A stretch of 64,000 nt of DNA from the human T2T-CHM13v2.0 reference genome, Homo sapiens, in the NCBI RefSeq assembly GCF_009914755.1, contig NC_060929.1, one strand, 5' to 3'. Each line of letters opens with the position of its first letter. Position 1 is the stretch's first letter. Under the pieces are notes generated by a model. It was not told the origin of the DNA, did no database searches, and saw only the letters and a list, made by a program, of their open reading frames with translations. Position numbers and translations under genes: made by a program. Below are positions 61,712 to 64,000 of this stretch, one piece after another.

Positions 61712-64000
61712 TTTTATTTTATTTCCAGCTTTTAAGTTCAGAGGTAATTGTGCAGGATGTGCAGGTTTGTTACATAGGTAAACATGTCCCGTGGTGATTT
61801 GCTACACAGATAATCTCATCACTCAGGTATTAAGTCCAGCATCCATTAGCAATTCTTCCTGATCCTCTCCATCTTCCCACCCCCTGCCTTCCGATAGGCC
61901 CCAGTGTGTGTTGTTCCTCACAATGTGTCCATGTGTTCTCATCATTTAGCTCCCACGTAAAAGTGAGAACACGAGGTATTTGGTTTTCTGTTTCTGAATT
62001 AGTTTGCTAAAGATAACGGCCTCCAACTCCATCCATGTCCTTGCAAAGAACCTAATCTCATTCATTTTTATGGCTGTATGGTATTCCATAGTGTATATGT
62101 ACCACATTTTCTTTATCCAGTCTATCATTGAATGGCATTTAAGTTAATTTGATATCTTTGCTATTGGGAGTAGTGCTACAAAGAACATACTCATGAATGT
62201 GTCTATAATAGAATGATTTATCTTCCTTTGGGTATATACCCAGCAATGGTTGAACTAATTTACACCCTCACCAACAGTGTAAAAGTGCTCCTTTTTTACC
62301 ACAACCGCACCAGTACCTGTTGTTTTTTGAATTTTTAATAATTGCCATTCAGACTGGTGTGAGATGGTACCTCATTGTGATTTTGATTTGCATTTCTCTA
62401 ATGATCAATGATGTTGAGATTTTTTTTCATATGTTTGTTGGGTGCATGTGTGTATTCTTTTGAGAAGTGTCTGGTCATGTCCTCTGTCCACTTTCTAATG
62501 GGTTTTGTTTTCTGCAAATTTCTTTAAATTTCTTATAGATGATGGATATTAGACATTTTTCAGATGGGTAGATTGCAAAAATTTTCTCCCATTCTGTAGG
62601 TTGTCTGTTTACTCTGTTGATAGATTCATTTGCAGTACAGAAGCTCTTTAGTTTAATTAGATCCCATTTATCAATTTTTGCTTTTGTTGCAAATACTTTT
62701 GGCAGCTTCGTTATGAAATCTTTGCCCATGCCTATGTCCTAAATGGTATTGCCTAGGTTTTCTTCTAGAGTTTTTATAGTTTTGGGTTTCATTTCAGTCT
62801 TTAATCCATCTTGAGTTGATTTTTGTATGTGGTTTAAGGAAGGGGTCCAGTTTCCATTTTCTGCATACGGCCAGCCAGTTCTCCCAGCATCATTTATTAA
62901 ATAAGGAATCCTTTCTCCATTGCTTGTTTTTGTCAGGTTTGTCAAAGATCAGATGGTGGTAGGTGTGCAGTCTTATTTCTGGGTTCTATATTCAGTCCCA
63001 TTTGCCTATGTGTCTGTTCTTGTATCAGTATTGTGTTGTTTTGGTTACTGTAGCCATGCAGTATAGTTTGAAGTTGGATAGTGCGATGCCCCCAGCTTTG
63101 TTCTTTGGCTTAGGATTGCCTTGGCTATTTGGGCTTTTTTTTTTTTTTTTTTTTTTTGGCTCCTATGAACTTAAAAATAGCCCTTTGCTAATTCTGTGAA
63201 GAATGTCAATGGTAGTTTAATGGGAATAGCATTAAATCTATAAACTGCTTTGGGCAGTATGGCCATTTTTATGATATTGATTCTTCCTATCCATTAATGT
63301 GGAATATTTTTCCATTTGTTTGTGTCATCTCGAATTTCTTTGAGTGGTGGTTTGTAGTTCTCCTTGAGATCCTTCACTTCCCCTGTTAGGTGTATCCTTA
63401 GGTATTTTATTCTTTTTGTGGCAATTGTGAATGGGATTGCGTTCTTGATTTGGCTCTTTGCTTGCCTGTTGTTGGTGTATCAGAATGCTAACAATTTTTG
63501 CACATTGCCTTTGTGTTCTGAGACTTTGCCAAGTTGCTTATCAGCTTAAGAAGCTTTTGGGCTGAGACGATGGTGTTTTCTAGATACAGGATTATGTCAT
63601 CTGCACACAAAGATAGTTTGACTTCCTCTCTTCCTATTTGACTACTCTATTTCTTTCTGTTGCCTTATTGCCCTGGCCAGAAATTCCAATACTGTGCTGA
63701 ATAGGAGCTATGAGAGAGGGCACCCTTGTCTCCTGTTGATTTTCAAGGGGAATGCTTCCAGCTTCACCCATTCAGTATGATATTGGCTGTGGGTCTTACT
63801 ATTTTGAGGTATGTTCCTTCAATACCTACTTTATTAAGAGTTTTAACATGAACAAATGTTGACTTTTATCAAAGGCCTTTTCTCCAGCTATTTAGATAAC
63901 TTTGTGGTTTTGTTTTTAGTTCTGTTTATGTAATGAATCACATTTATTGATTTGTGTATGTTGAATCAGCCTTGCATCCCAGAGATGAAGCCAGCTAGGT
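61712..64000 (-). mobile_element. L1PA (PA10/11-like) 3'UTR and ORF2 3' half, runs to the window edge
   Basis: ORF-track peptides MGKDFITK...[15 protein letters not shown]...[10 protein letters not shown] and WIKKMWYIYTMEY; multiple frame disruptions. Confidence 0.95.

Overview
Strongly AT-rich human genomic DNA; a near-consensus AluYb9 points to human. It looks like gene desert or the interior of a very large intron. I find no supportable protein-coding gene, RNA gene or CRISPR array. The ORF track consists of Alu/L1/LTR read-through, microsatellite ORFs and chance AT-rich ORFs. Much of the window is a layered record of transposons: about 13 Alu/FLAM, many L1 pieces (L1PA to L1ME), L2, MIR, MaLR (THE1D solo LTR, full THE1C provirus, MLT1A, MLT-int), MLT2 LTRs and a Tigger2a. 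The most interesting hidden structure is an ancient, heavily interrupted ERV1-like provirus at ~10430-17720. It has two diverged direct-repeat LTRs, a polypurine tract and a recognisable but dead env (CWLC-like SU motif, immunosuppressive domain, CX6CC region). Other points are two very young Alus, two L1s with large internal gaps (one a candidate spliced retrocopy), a perfect 36-bp templated copy, a 28-bp-arm hairpin and a fold-back scar in a THE1C LTR. Subfamily names come from motifs recalled by eye, not from a database search. Boundaries of old repeats are approximate. I see no evidence of a wholly new biological system.
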